DNA of 49,461 nt, taken from positions 1-49,461 of the IMG/VR virus record IMGVR_UViG_3300037760_000064; one strand, given 5' to 3'. Below are positions 16,840 through 25,429 of this stretch, in pieces. The DNA is from a virus (Duplodnaviria; Caudoviricetes). Position 1 is the stretch's first letter. Every line of letters starts with the position of its first letter. The translations under genes were made by a program, and so were the position numbers. The notes beneath the pieces are model-generated. The model had not been told where the DNA came from and ran no database searches. It saw nothing but the letters and a program-made list of their open reading frames with translations.

Positions 16840-18896
16840 GAAACCATCGCCTCGAACTCGGTGTCGCGGGCATCCTCGTCACCATCTGCGTCAGTTGCGG
16901 ACACGTGCAACTGGCGCCGGGTCACCCCTTGTCCTGATGCCACCTCTCGTGGCTTGGCCGGATCCCAGACGACTCGCGGCTCGATGCCGATCTCGCGCAG
17001 CATCGCCCCCACCGACCGGGCGTTCAGCGCGCCGTAGGTTTGCTGACGCAGCGCGGCAAGTCCGTCAGCGAGGTCGGCTAGGTGGATAGCGTCGGCGTTG
17101 CCGATGACCTGACGACAGTCGGCCAGGAAGTCGACCTGTTGCAGCGTGTCGGTGATGTCCTCCCCGGCTGCGTAGCCCGTCAGCCGACCCTGCGCCTCAC
17201 GCACGGCGCGGGCACGTAGCGCGATCTTCTCCGACCGCACGCCATCGAGGCCGTAGACGGAACGCACAATTTGGGCCTCGGCGCCCTCCGCGCGTAGGTA
17301 GCCGAGCCCCTTGTCCTCATAGGCGAAGACGGTGGCGTCTATCCCCGAGTTGTACGCTCCGGTACCAAGGATGGAATCATTGGCCCCCCATCCCATGACC
17401 TTGAGGCAGAAACGGACCACGGCGTTCGCGGAGATAGCCGTCGGGATGCTGTTGGCGTCGGGCTTCTGGGTGCCGAAATAGGAGTGAATACCGACCGCCG
17501 GGCCACGTTTTACCAGGTCAGTGCAGATGTAGATGAACTCGTCACGGATCGTCTTACTGGAATGCTCCATCCAAACTTGCACCTCATCTGTCAATAGCAA
17601 TATGGGTCCAAGATTCAGTTGTCGCATATTCGCGATCTGATCATTGACCTTATTCTCCGGACATAGCGCACGATTCTCCTCAGCTATTTTCCGGATTACT
17701 TTGATACGGCGCCGCATCTCTTTGTGTAGGTCACGCATCTGGGCGAGCTGAGTTTCGATGTCCTCCGGCTCGTCACCGACGCCGTAGCCGTGCGCCACCA
17801 GCGACAGCGGCCCGAAGTCGCCGGTTCCCTTGAGGTCGTAAGCGTAGATGATCGTGCGCGGGTCCAGGGCGAATACCAGCCCGAGCTGCCGCATCACGAA
17901 TGTCTTGCCAGTCCTCGGAAGACCTCCGATCACCCCGGACGTATAGGCCAGAGTGAGCGCTACCCAGTGGCCGCGCTGGTCGGTGAACATCGGCACCGCG
18001 TCGAACACGTTGACCTGTCCCTTGCTCATGAGCGGCCAGGGCCGCTGCCGAGCGGTCGATACCGGCTCGTCAGCGACATACAGCTCCAAGTGCGCCTCAT
18101 GGCGCTTACCACGGGTGGGCCACACGGTGCCGAGCTCGCGGCGCAGCGCCGCGGACAACTGCGGCCGCTTCTCAATGACCTTGCCAGCTGTGACACCGGC
18201 CGGCAGTTCTAGTCCGACTTGGTACCCGCCAGTGGTGCGGGCGACGTCGTGCAGCAGACCGATCGACTCAGCATCTTTCATCCCGGCGATACCGAGAGTG
18301 CACAGCGCCTCGCGCACCATGGGCGCCGATACCGGCGGCGGCGCCCCATCGACCAGCGGTACCGCGTTCAGCAGCCGCTTGTCACGCGGCCGGCCGGCCC
18401 AGCCGAGTACCAGCAGTACCAGCACCGACACCGCCCAGAACAGCGCCGGCGATACCAAGAGCCAAACGATTGCGATACCGATACCGATCATGGCAATGAT
18501 GGCCCCAAAGGCGATCTGCCGGTTGCGGATCCGGTCCTTGCGGGCCTGTTCCAGTCGCAGCCACACCTCGGTCTCGCGCTGCCCGGCGTGGTGGCGTTGC
18601 AGCCCGCGGGTCTCCTCGTCGAGCATGGCCCGCCACAGCCACGCCACCGACCTGCCCACCCCACGTGGGCTCCACTTTAGTAAACGGGCCACATACACGG
18701 GCAGCCACAGCAGATGACGGACCAGAGTGTGCCGCCAGCGGCGGCTGGTCCTGCGGACGGTGGTGCCGAGCTCGCCGCCGCGCATCCAATCAGCCACCAG
18801 CGGTGGGTGGCTGGTATCGCTGGTATCGGTAGCGGGCATCGCGGCGGTATCGGTGGTGGTGTGGTTCTGGGCGTGGTCGGTGGTGCTGTTGGTCAC
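16821..18896 (-). CDS. traB: TraB-like FtsK/SpoIIIE conjugative DNA translocase
   Basis: Two N-terminal TM helices; Walker A GGLPRTGKT; YDLKGTGD; Walker B LLLTDEVQ; RGPAVGI...TQKP; C-terminal winged-helix-like region. GTG start coupled to the upstream stop. Confidence 0.88.
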   Translation of the reverse strand: MTNSTTDHAQNHTTTDTAAMPATDTSDTSHPPLVADWMRGGELGTTVRRTSRRWRHTLVRHLLWLPVYVARLLKWSPRGVGRSVAWLWRAMLDEETRGLQRHHAGQRETEVWLRLEQARKDRIRNRQIAFGAIIAMIGIGIAIVWLLVSPALFWAVSVLVLLVLGWAGRPRDKRLLNAVPLVDGAPPPVSAPMVREALCTLGIAGMKDAESIGLLHDVARTTGGYQVGLELPAGVTAGKVIEKRPQLSAALRRELGTVWPTRGKRHEAHLELYVADEPVSTARQRPWPLMSKGQVNVFDAVPMFTDQRGHWVALTLAYTSGVIGGLPRTGKTFVMRQLGLVFALDPRTIIYAYDLKGTGDFGPLSLVAHGYGVGDEPEDIETQLAQMRDLHKEMRRRIKVIRKIAEENRALCPENKVNDQIANMRQLNLGPILLLTDEVQVWMEHSSKTIRDEFIYICTDLVKRGPAVGIHSYFGTQKPDANSIPTAISANAVVRFCLKVMGWGANDSILGTGAYNSGIDATVFAYEDKGLGYLRAEGAEAQIVRSVYGLDGVRSEKIALRARAVREAQGRLTGYAAGEDITDTLQQVDFLADCRQVIGNADAIHLADLADGLAALRQQTYGALNARSVGAMLREIGIEPRVVWDPAKPREVASGQGVTRRQLHVSATDADGDEDARDTEFEAMVSAERAS

Positions 18897-19645
18897 GCCG
18901 CCGACTCCTGGGCCGATCGCGAGCCGTTGGCGGACGGCTGGTAGTGCCCGTTGAGTACCAACCTCCGCAGCTGTATCGCCGTGCTCTTCGAGACGCTCAA
19001 GGCGGATACCAGTCGAGTCGACGACATGTCTTGCAGACCGCGCTCGTAGACGGTCCCCAGCAGGGCGAGGACGTGGGGGCTCGGGGGCCGGCTCGCCGAT
19101 GCGGCAGCGGTCGCAACGCCTACCGGTACCGGCGGTGGTGGCGGGGCGGAGATGGCCGGCGAGTCCGCAGAGGAGCATGGCTGGGAACCTGCCGCGTGGC
19201 GGTCGCTGGTACTGCTCCATGGCGCATCCCTGGTGATGATGTGGACGACGAGGCCGACTGTGATCGCCGGTACCGACCCGACCGCGGTCACCACGACCCA
19301 GCCCGGCACCAACAGCCCGGTACTGATCAGGTGCGATACCGCGTTCCCCGCCACCGACGCGGCGATGGCACCCACCGATACCGACGCGGCGGTGCGGGAC
19401 CGTGACCTGCGGTACTCAGTGAGAGCAGCGGCGGCCAGGGCGTCGATGGACAGGGGTAGCAGCGGCGACGTCCACACCGGCCAACCAGCATGTATCGCCA
19501 GGTCGCGGAGGAAGACGAAGCTGGCGAGTACCGCCGCTGTGGCCGATACCGCGATGAGGACTCGACGCCACCAGATGATCACAAGACGGTACTGTACCAG
19601 CAATACCAGTGATACTAGTATCGAAAGGGTTGAGATGAAGAGCAA
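18893..19645 (-). CDS. DUF2637/SpdA-like multi-pass membrane protein with C-terminal HTH (plasmid/AICE spread protein)
   Basis: AAVLASF..LRDLA...GW.....LLPLSID...SVAGN..H...V..VP; Pro-rich linker; STRLVSALSVSKSTA HTH-like end. Confidence 0.75.
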   Translation of the reverse strand: MLFISTLSILVSLVLLVQYRLVIIWWRRVLIAVSATAAVLASFVFLRDLAIHAGWPVWTSPLLPLSIDALAAAALTEYRRSRSRTAASVSVGAIAASVAGNAVSHLISTGLLVPGWVVVTAVGSVPAITVGLVVHIITRDAPWSSTSDRHAAGSQPCSSADSPAISAPPPPPVPVGVATAAASASRPPSPHVLALLGTVYERGLQDMSSTRLVSALSVSKSTAIQLRRLVLNGHYQPSANGSRSAQESAA

Positions 19646-19649
19646 GTAG

Positions 19650-19880
19650 CTAGGAAACTCGGAATGTGCCCCTCACCGGGAACGTCTCGACACGGTGCTC
19701 CTCGCGCAACAACTGGAGCGCCGCGCGAACGGTGTTTCGACCGACGTCATACCCGGCTTCAAGTTCGCCTTCGGATGGCAACTTCTCACCGATCGCGATC
19801 TCGTTCGCATCGAACTTCGCGCGCAGTACCGCAGCGAGCTGCCGATAGAACGGCTCACGGCTCCACTTGTCGATACTCAC
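19650..19880 (-). CDS. GntR-family winged-helix regulator (Kor-like)
   Basis: PFYRQLAAVLR......GEKLPSEGEL...YDVGRNTVRAALQLL..E..V.T...RGTF. Confidence 0.9.
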   Translation of the reverse strand: MSIDKWSREPFYRQLAAVLRAKFDANEIAIGEKLPSEGELEAGYDVGRNTVRAALQLLREEHRVETFPVRGTFRVS

Positions 19881-20151
19881 GCCGATATCATACGGGACCA
19901 CCCGTACCACTAGTACCGATACCGATCTCGACAACATCGGTCAGGCGCTATGTTCCGACATGGGCAGTCTCAGCAACGATGAGCGCCGAGCCGTGGTGGT
20001 TGTCCTTGGAGAGTCGGCGCCGGACGAGTTGCACGCGTTCACGATGGCGCTGGCTATTACGGCTCGACATTGCCCAGAGCACTTCCACCTCTGGGATGAC
20101 GAGGTAGAAGAAATCATGGGCGGAGAGCTTCCCTGGGAACGGGAATCGTAG
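19867..20151 (+). CDS. Hypothetical protein (start probably internal, e.g. ATG 19960)
   Basis: ORF divergent from gntR; C..H motif, acidic C-terminus. Confidence 0.35.
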   Translation: MSILTPISYGTTRTTSTDTDLDNIGQALCSDMGSLSNDERRAVVVVLGESAPDELHAFTMALAITARHCPEHFHLWDDEVEEIMGGELPWERES

Positions 20152-20192
20152 CTAATCCTTAATGACCTCCTCGTCGTCGGCGGTACCAGGCG

Positions 20193-21566
20193 TCACTGCT
20201 CGATGGCGATCAGGTCGACCATCCGCTGTAGCCCGTCACGCATCAGGCGGTCATCGACGTGCTGGTAGCCGCGGGTGGTCGTCACTGACGAGTGGCCGAG
20301 GATCTGTTGCACGGTGTGGCCGTCGACGCCGGCCTCGTGGAGCAGGGATGCGGCCGTGTTGCGGGCCTCGTGGACGGTGACGTCCCGAGCACCGACGAGC
20401 TTGAGCAGGCCGTCCCAGGTGGCGGTGTCATCACTCGGGTCGATCGGCCGGCCGTCGGGTCGCGTCCACACCAGTCCGTGCGGGTTGGGCTCATCCTCGA
20501 TGAGCTCGAGTCTCAGGCGCAGCGCGGCCTTCAGCGGCGGAATGATCGGGACAACACGCCACCCGGCCCGGCTCTTCGGCCGGATGAGGCAGAGCCCACC
20601 ATCGAGCCGCCGAAACTCGAAATCTGCACGGACGTCGAGCTGACACTGAGGACACGACCCCGCGCGCTTCCGTCCGCACGACCACGCCCCGTCAGGGGTG
20701 CGATCCCCGCAGCCATGCCGGTACTTGATGCGCTGCAGCTCCCAGGCGACCTCTAGTCGAGGTGCCGGCGCTCCGGTGGCAGGGTCTACGTAGTCCAGGT
20801 GCAGGCAGTCGAGAGTGAGCCCTAGGGTCTCGCCCTGCCGTGTGCCGGCGAGCAGCGCCGCGGCCCACCGGGAGCCGATCCGGTCGACGAGGACGCCACT
20901 CCCGTCAGCCAGGGCGGCGCGACGGAGGACCGCCCTCGCCTCCGCTGTCGTGAGCCCCTCCCGCCTGCTTGGCGCTTTCCGGGGCGCGTCAAGCAATGTG
21001 GCGACGTTGCGGGCGACAAGCGGCGGTTGCTCGCGCATAGCGTCATTTAGCGCCCTGCGCAGGATGGCGTGGGCCTGTAGGACCGTGGTCGACGACCTGG
21101 TAGCACCTAGCCGCTTGTATGCGGTTCTGAGGTGGTGCGACTGGAGCGTGTCAAGCTGGTGCTTGCCCAGTTGCGGAATGAGCATGGTCTGGATCTTCGA
21201 GCGGTAGCCGTCGCGGGTGGACGGCTTGAGCCGCTTGTAGGCGATCTCGTCGATCCAGTAGCGCAGCCACTTCTCGACGGTCATGCCCTTCTGTGGCACG
21301 TCGCCGTGCTCGGACACTCGCTGCTTCAAGTCGTCGAGCTTCTTCTTGGCGACCTTGTAGTCCTTGGCGGTGATGACGCGGCGCTGCCGTTTGCCGTCGT
21401 ACCAGCCGAGGTCGACGGCGCCGACCCACAGGCCGCGGCATCGATGCTTGGGGCGGATGCGCCTGGGGCCGTCCTCCGTCTGTATCTCCTCGGCCGGTGG
21501 ACACCCGTAGACCGACTCGCAGCGCTGATAGAGGCCACCTTCACCCTTGTTTCGACGCTTCGGCAT
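20193..21566 (-). CDS. int: Tyrosine integrase
   Basis: KRRNKGEGGLYQR arm-binding start; catalytic R (GTRQGE), K (PKS), HEARN, LGHS, Y (GYQH). Confidence 0.97.
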   Translation of the reverse strand: MPKRRNKGEGGLYQRCESVYGCPPAEEIQTEDGPRRIRPKHRCRGLWVGAVDLGWYDGKRQRRVITAKDYKVAKKKLDDLKQRVSEHGDVPQKGMTVEKWLRYWIDEIAYKRLKPSTRDGYRSKIQTMLIPQLGKHQLDTLQSHHLRTAYKRLGATRSSTTVLQAHAILRRALNDAMREQPPLVARNVATLLDAPRKAPSRREGLTTAEARAVLRRAALADGSGVLVDRIGSRWAAALLAGTRQGETLGLTLDCLHLDYVDPATGAPAPRLEVAWELQRIKYRHGCGDRTPDGAWSCGRKRAGSCPQCQLDVRADFEFRRLDGGLCLIRPKSRAGWRVVPIIPPLKAALRLRLELIEDEPNPHGLVWTRPDGRPIDPSDDTATWDGLLKLVGARDVTVHEARNTAASLLHEAGVDGHTVQQILGHSSVTTTRGYQHVDDRLMRDGLQRMVDLIAIEQ

Positions 21567-21577
21567 TGACCGCCTCC

Positions 21578-21813
21578 ACTGTAGTCTGTACTGTAGCCAA
21601 TATGAGTCTGGACGTGTCCGGACGAGTCTACAGTGAGAAGCCTCTGACCAGCAATGGAACGGGTAACAGCTAAGGTCGAGCCTACCGTACCAGGGGACTC
21701 ATAATCCCTTGGCCGTGGGTTCGAGTCCCACCCACCCCACCATAGCTGACCAGGACCGGAACCTTTCAGGAGGTCTCGGCGAAGCCTCTCTCTGTAGCCA
21801 GGACTGTAGCCAA
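21578..21813. other. attP: tRNA-derived core with flanking arm-type sites
   Basis: Core ~21691-21742 is the 3' half of a tRNA (anticodon loop CTCATAA, GGTTCGAGTCC, ACCA end). (A)CTGTAGCCA-type repeats at 21578, 21590, 21792 and 21803; inverted copy at 21628. Confidence 0.9.
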
Positions 21814-21832
21814 TGGCCTCACGGAGAGACAG

Positions 21833-22399
21833 ATGACCAACCTCGACACCCCCGTTCCACCACCCCCGCCCACCCAGAAGCGATCCCGTTGGCTCTTTCC
21901 AGCTGTCGCCATACTCGCCGTGCTCGTTCTACTCGTCGGCGTCGGTATCGGCGCGTCCGGCAGCGAGCCGGAGGTTGTCATCGAGACGAAGACCGTCGAG
22001 GTTGAGCCGAAGGATCTCACCGAGCAGCGTGAGGCTGCCGACCAGCGTGCGGTCGAGCTTGATGCTCTCCAGGGTGAGCTAGACGCGCGAGCGGCCGCAC
22101 TCGACGAGCAGGCCGCGGCGGTCAAGGTCCGCGAGGACGCCGTCACCAAGACCGAGCAGGCGATTGCCGCGAACACCGTGACCGATGGCATCTGGACGGT
22201 AGGTGTGGACATTGAGCCCGGCACGTACCGAGCGACCAGCGTCGCCGCCGACTGCTACTGGGCTGTCCTCGTCACCGGGTCGAACGGCTCGGACATCGTC
22301 GATAACGGCATCCCCGGCGGGGGGAGCCCGACCGTCACCGTCAAAGAGGGCCAGGACTTCGAGACAACCCGCTGCGGCGAGTGGACGAGGCAGCCATGA
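21833..22399 (+). CDS. Membrane-anchored coiled-coil protein (superinfection-exclusion candidate)
   Basis: TM WLFPAVAILAVLVLLVGVGIG, coiled coil, then DGIWTVGVDIEPGTY...CYW...DIVDN domain. Confidence 0.8.
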   Translation: MTNLDTPVPPPPPTQKRSRWLFPAVAILAVLVLLVGVGIGASGSEPEVVIETKTVEVEPKDLTEQREAADQRAVELDALQGELDARAAALDEQAAAVKVREDAVTKTEQAIAANTVTDGIWTVGVDIEPGTYRATSVAADCYWAVLVTGSNGSDIVDNGIPGGGSPTVTVKEGQDFETTRCGEWTRQP

Positions 22400-22536
22400 T
22401 CGAGACCCCTACCCGCGGCCGTCACCGTGTGGCGCGTCGACTCACACCCGGACAGGGTGTGCTGCTGGCGCTCGGCGTGTCGGTCGTGCTCTTTTGGGGG
22501 CCTTTAGCGCTCGGCCTGTGGCTGTGGTCGAGATGA
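22396..22536 (+). CDS. Small membrane protein (46 aa)
   Basis: ATGA couplings at both ends; GVLLALGVSVVLFWGPLALGLWLW. Confidence 0.5.
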   Translation: MIETPTRGRHRVARRLTPGQGVLLALGVSVVLFWGPLALGLWLWSR

Positions 22537-22744
22537 TCACGAGGGAGCAGCAGTGCGAGCTGGACCGGCTGGCGTACGAGTTGGCTGCGGGGGAGGATGG
22601 CTGACATGGCCACGGATGTTTTTGCGAGCGTAGTGCTGGGTGCGGCGCTGGCCGATGGGCTGGAGCGGGTGGCCGACTCGCTCGCATGTTTCCAGATAGA
22701 GATCCACGAGTTGGCCGCCGAGCACGGCTTCGAGGTAGGTGAGG

Positions 22745-23125
22745 ATGGCTGACATGGATGAGCTAGTGGAGTTCCTGCGCGCCCGGCTGGACGAGGAGGC
22801 AGCGGCGGCGCGGGAGGCTTCCGGCAGGTGGCGACGAGCCGGCATCAACAGTGTGGAGGATTCCGACGGGCGACTGGTCATCTACGGCGACGGATCTGCG
22901 CCAACAAGCGCTGAAGCCGAGCACATCGCCAGCCACGACCCCGCTCGCGTGCTCGCCGACGTGGAGGCCAAGCGGCGCATCGTGGCAGAGCTAGAACACG
23001 CCGACCCCTACGACATGGACTACTGGGGCGGTCGAGGCGGCTACGACCGGGCGCAGACCACCCTCCGCCTACTCGCGCTGCCGTATGTCGACCATCCCGA
23101 CTACCGACAGGAGTGGCGGCCGTGA
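22745..23125 (+). CDS. DUF6221-like protein
   Basis: LVEFLRARLDEE...HIASHDPARVLADVEAKRRIV...LRLLALPY.DHPDYRQEWRP. Confidence 0.85.
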   Translation: MADMDELVEFLRARLDEEAAAAREASGRWRRAGINSVEDSDGRLVIYGDGSAPTSAEAEHIASHDPARVLADVEAKRRIVAELEHADPYDMDYWGGRGGYDRAQTTLRLLALPYVDHPDYRQEWRP

Positions 23126-23376
23126 ACATCGTCGAGTTCATCACCGCCCGCGAACGTGAGGACTGTCTCGCCAGCCCGGACCCTGAAATCCTGCAGGAAG
23201 AGTGGGAGCCGGTGTGGCGGAAGTCCTTCTCGTGGGCCGTGCAGGATTTGAGTGTCGCCCTGCGGTCGGTGTTTTTCGCGCTGGGCGACACTGTTCCGTT
23301 CACGAGGCCGGCCGTTCGGCAGCACGCCGAACAGTGGGCCAACCATCCTGACTATCGAGAGGAGTGGCGTCCCTAG
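23122..23376 (+). CDS. DUF6221-like paralogue (shorter)
   Basis: IVEFITARERED...WANHPDYREEWRP; GTGA coupling. Confidence 0.75.
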   Translation: MNIVEFITAREREDCLASPDPEILQEEWEPVWRKSFSWAVQDLSVALRSVFFALGDTVPFTRPAVRQHAEQWANHPDYREEWRP

Positions 23377-23453
23377 ACATGGCGCCCCCACCAGGTGCGT
23401 TAACACCTGATGAGGGCTTGATCCATCCACTGCCTACACAGGAGGACAGATCC

Positions 23454-23945
23454 GTGAGTACCGTACCTACCGCGCTCGACCTGGTCGAGCATGTCTATGA
23501 CGCTGTGGACGAGATGCGTGAGCAGGCGGGCGCGATCAGCGCCACGATCTCGTCGAGTGGTGATGTGGCGGCCGTCGCTGGTGACGCGGCGGCGGCGATC
23601 CGCGCTCAGTACGTGGCGGCGCGGGGTGCGCTGACCCAGCTGCGGGGGATGCTAGACCCGACGACAGCAGATCGGGCGGCGCCCGGCGAGTGCCCGACCG
23701 TGGGGTGGTGTGAGCTGGGCGGGGAGCACCGCACGCACCGCCGCAGCGTGCACACGGTGCGGATCGGCACCGAGCAGTACATCGAGATCGGTGTGGCCGC
23801 GGTGGATGGTGAGGCGCCGTGGGTGCAGCTGGGCCACGTGATCACGGTGGGGACGGTGCTGCCGGCCGGGATGGTGCGCCTGTCGATGGGGCAGGCGCGG
23901 GAGCTCGGTGGCGGGCTGGTGGACGTGGTGAGACGGTTCGGGTGA
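23454..23945 (+). CDS. Hypothetical protein
   Basis: AGGAGGA RBS, GTG start; CP...WC.....H..H motif and LS..QARELG..L end. Confidence 0.65.
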   Translation: MSTVPTALDLVEHVYDAVDEMREQAGAISATISSSGDVAAVAGDAAAAIRAQYVAARGALTQLRGMLDPTTADRAAPGECPTVGWCELGGEHRTHRRSVHTVRIGTEQYIEIGVAAVDGEAPWVQLGHVITVGTVLPAGMVRLSMGQARELGGGLVDVVRRFG

Positions 23946-24047
23946 GTTGTCGACGGTGATCGACATGTCCGGTATGTCCGGTATGGTCCCGTCGATCAGA
24001 CCACAGGTCACGTCACGGTCACATCACGAAACGGCACAGGGAGACTG

Positions 24048-24275
24048 ATGGGCCGATACTGGAAGAAGGCGCGCAAGGATGTCGAAGATGTGCTGGTCAA
24101 GTTCGATGAGGCCGGGTGGCGGATCAAGGACCCGCCGACTTACTACCAGGTGTTATGCCCGTGCGGGATGCACAAGCGGTGGATTCATCTCACGCCCAGC
24201 GATCCCAAGTACTTGCGCAACGCCATACAGTGGTTGAAGCGACAGCCGTGCTACCAGGAGGGAGGTCGGCCATGA
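24048..24275 (+). CDS. HicA-like toxin
   Basis: Small basic protein: KDVEDVL.....GWRI......VLCPCG.H...IHLTPS; ATGA-coupled to an acidic partner. Confidence 0.65.
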   Translation: MGRYWKKARKDVEDVLVKFDEAGWRIKDPPTYYQVLCPCGMHKRWIHLTPSDPKYLRNAIQWLKRQPCYQEGGRP

Positions 24276-24601
24276 TTCGAGTAGGAATCCATGGCGTGTT
24301 CCACGTGAGCGGTGGCACTAATGAAGGACTCTCGGAAGCCTGCGACCAAGTGATGGAGACCCTCGTTCAGCTGGAGAAGGCCGGCGGCAATGTACGTGAC
24401 GCGGCGGTCGCGGTCGATCTCCGAACTCGCCTTGTCGAGGTGGAGCTGGTCGGTGAGGGCGACAGCTTCGACGCCGCACGCAGCGCAGCGGAATCCGCTG
24501 TCCGCTCAGCCATTCATAAAACTGGCGGCCACACTGGGAATCTAGTCAAAGACAACAGGTTCCGTGTCCAGGCCATGAACGCCGAGCTCGTCGACGCCTG
24601 A
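24272..24601 (+). CDS. HicB-like antitoxin candidate
   Basis: GGAGG RBS; GDSFDAARSAAESAVRSAI resembles the HicB G.T.EEA helix. Confidence 0.55.
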   Translation: MIRVGIHGVFHVSGGTNEGLSEACDQVMETLVQLEKAGGNVRDAAVAVDLRTRLVEVELVGEGDSFDAARSAAESAVRSAIHKTGGHTGNLVKDNRFRVQAMNAELVDA

Positions 24602-24611
24602 CCAGATCCAC

Positions 24612-24653
24612 CAAACCGCTCCGTCCCACGTTGCCGCAGGGCGGGGCGGTTTG
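24612..24653. terminator. Bidirectional terminator-like hairpin
   Basis: CAAACCGCTCCGTCC / GGGCGGGGCGGTTTG between convergent genes. Confidence 0.7.
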
Positions 24654-24663
24654 TATGTGCGGA

Positions 24664-24990
24664 TCATCCGCCTGGGTTATAGGCGTCCGGGGTCACACTG
24701 GATCGAACGTCGGCTTCGGCTCGGGCGACCACCTGCCAGGCCGCCGAAGGGTCCTGTTCGACCATGAGTAGGTACGGCACGTCATCGACGTTCACGTCAC
24801 CCACATGGACGGTCGTTGTGGCGTGCACAGCTGTCACGGTGATCTTGACGTCATCGTCGCCGCAGACTCGTCGGATCACGTTGCACCAGGTGTCGACAGC
24901 CAGCTGCGCGAAGTCGTCAAGCCCTGGGTGCACGCCGCGCCCAAGCGGGGCTACCCAGTAGCGCGGGTCGACCATAGGACGCCCTCCCAT
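24664..24990 (-). CDS. Hypothetical protein
   Basis: ORF divergent from the 25033 promoter; GGGAGG before ATG 24975. Confidence 0.5.
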   Translation of the reverse strand: MGGRPMVDPRYWVAPLGRGVHPGLDDFAQLAVDTWCNVIRRVCGDDDVKITVTAVHATTTVHVGDVNVDDVPYLLMVEQDPSAAWQVVARAEADVRSSVTPDAYNPGG

Positions 24991-25032
24991 GCGCTTATGC
25001 GTGCACGGTCCGACAAATAACGCTACCGGGTA

Positions 25033-25098
25033 TTGACATGACCAACCCCGTCCGATAGATTAGCGGTATCGGGAAACACCGCAGGATCTATCGGACGG
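25033..25098 (+). promoter_or_regulatory. Consensus sigma70-type promoter with a 13-bp inverted-repeat operator
   Basis: TTGACA (25033-38), 17 bp, TAGATT (25056-61); CCGTCCGATAGAT (25048-60) / ATCTATCGGACGG (25086-98). Confidence 0.85.
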
Positions 25099-25106
25099 AG
25101 CAGTCG

Positions 25107-25415
25107 ATGACCACCCTAACAGCCCCAACGGCCCACCCGACCAAACTCCGCAACGGCAGCTGGGGCGCGACCGTCAAAACCGCCACCCACCTCGACGCTG
25201 GCGACAGCATCACCATCACCACGAAAACCGGCAAGACCTGGACTGCTGAGATCGCCAAGGTCGTGTGGCGGGGCAGCCAAGAAGGTCTACACGTCTTGAT
25301 CGTGGCCACACGATCCACACCGCGGTCGACCAACCCGGACCGCTGCCGCACCTGCCACGGCCGCGGCCGCTACGACGGCTGCGACCGCTGCGGCGCCGAG
25401 AGCCAGACCATCTGA
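25107..25415 (+). CDS. Small protein with C-terminal CxxC..CxxC Zn ribbon
   Basis: GGAG RBS; TKLRNGSWG.......GD.ITITTK.GK.W beta domain; first gene after the strong promoter. Confidence 0.7.
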   Translation: MTTLTAPTAHPTKLRNGSWGATVKTATHLDAGDSITITTKTGKTWTAEIAKVVWRGSQEGLHVLIVATRSTPRSTNPDRCRTCHGRGRYDGCDRCGAESQTI

Positions 25416-25429
25416 GAGGAGAGCGCACC

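Noticed and set aside
21691-21742. Complete tRNA gene
   Set aside because: The acceptor 5' strand and D-arm are absent. Only the 3' half is present, as expected for attP.
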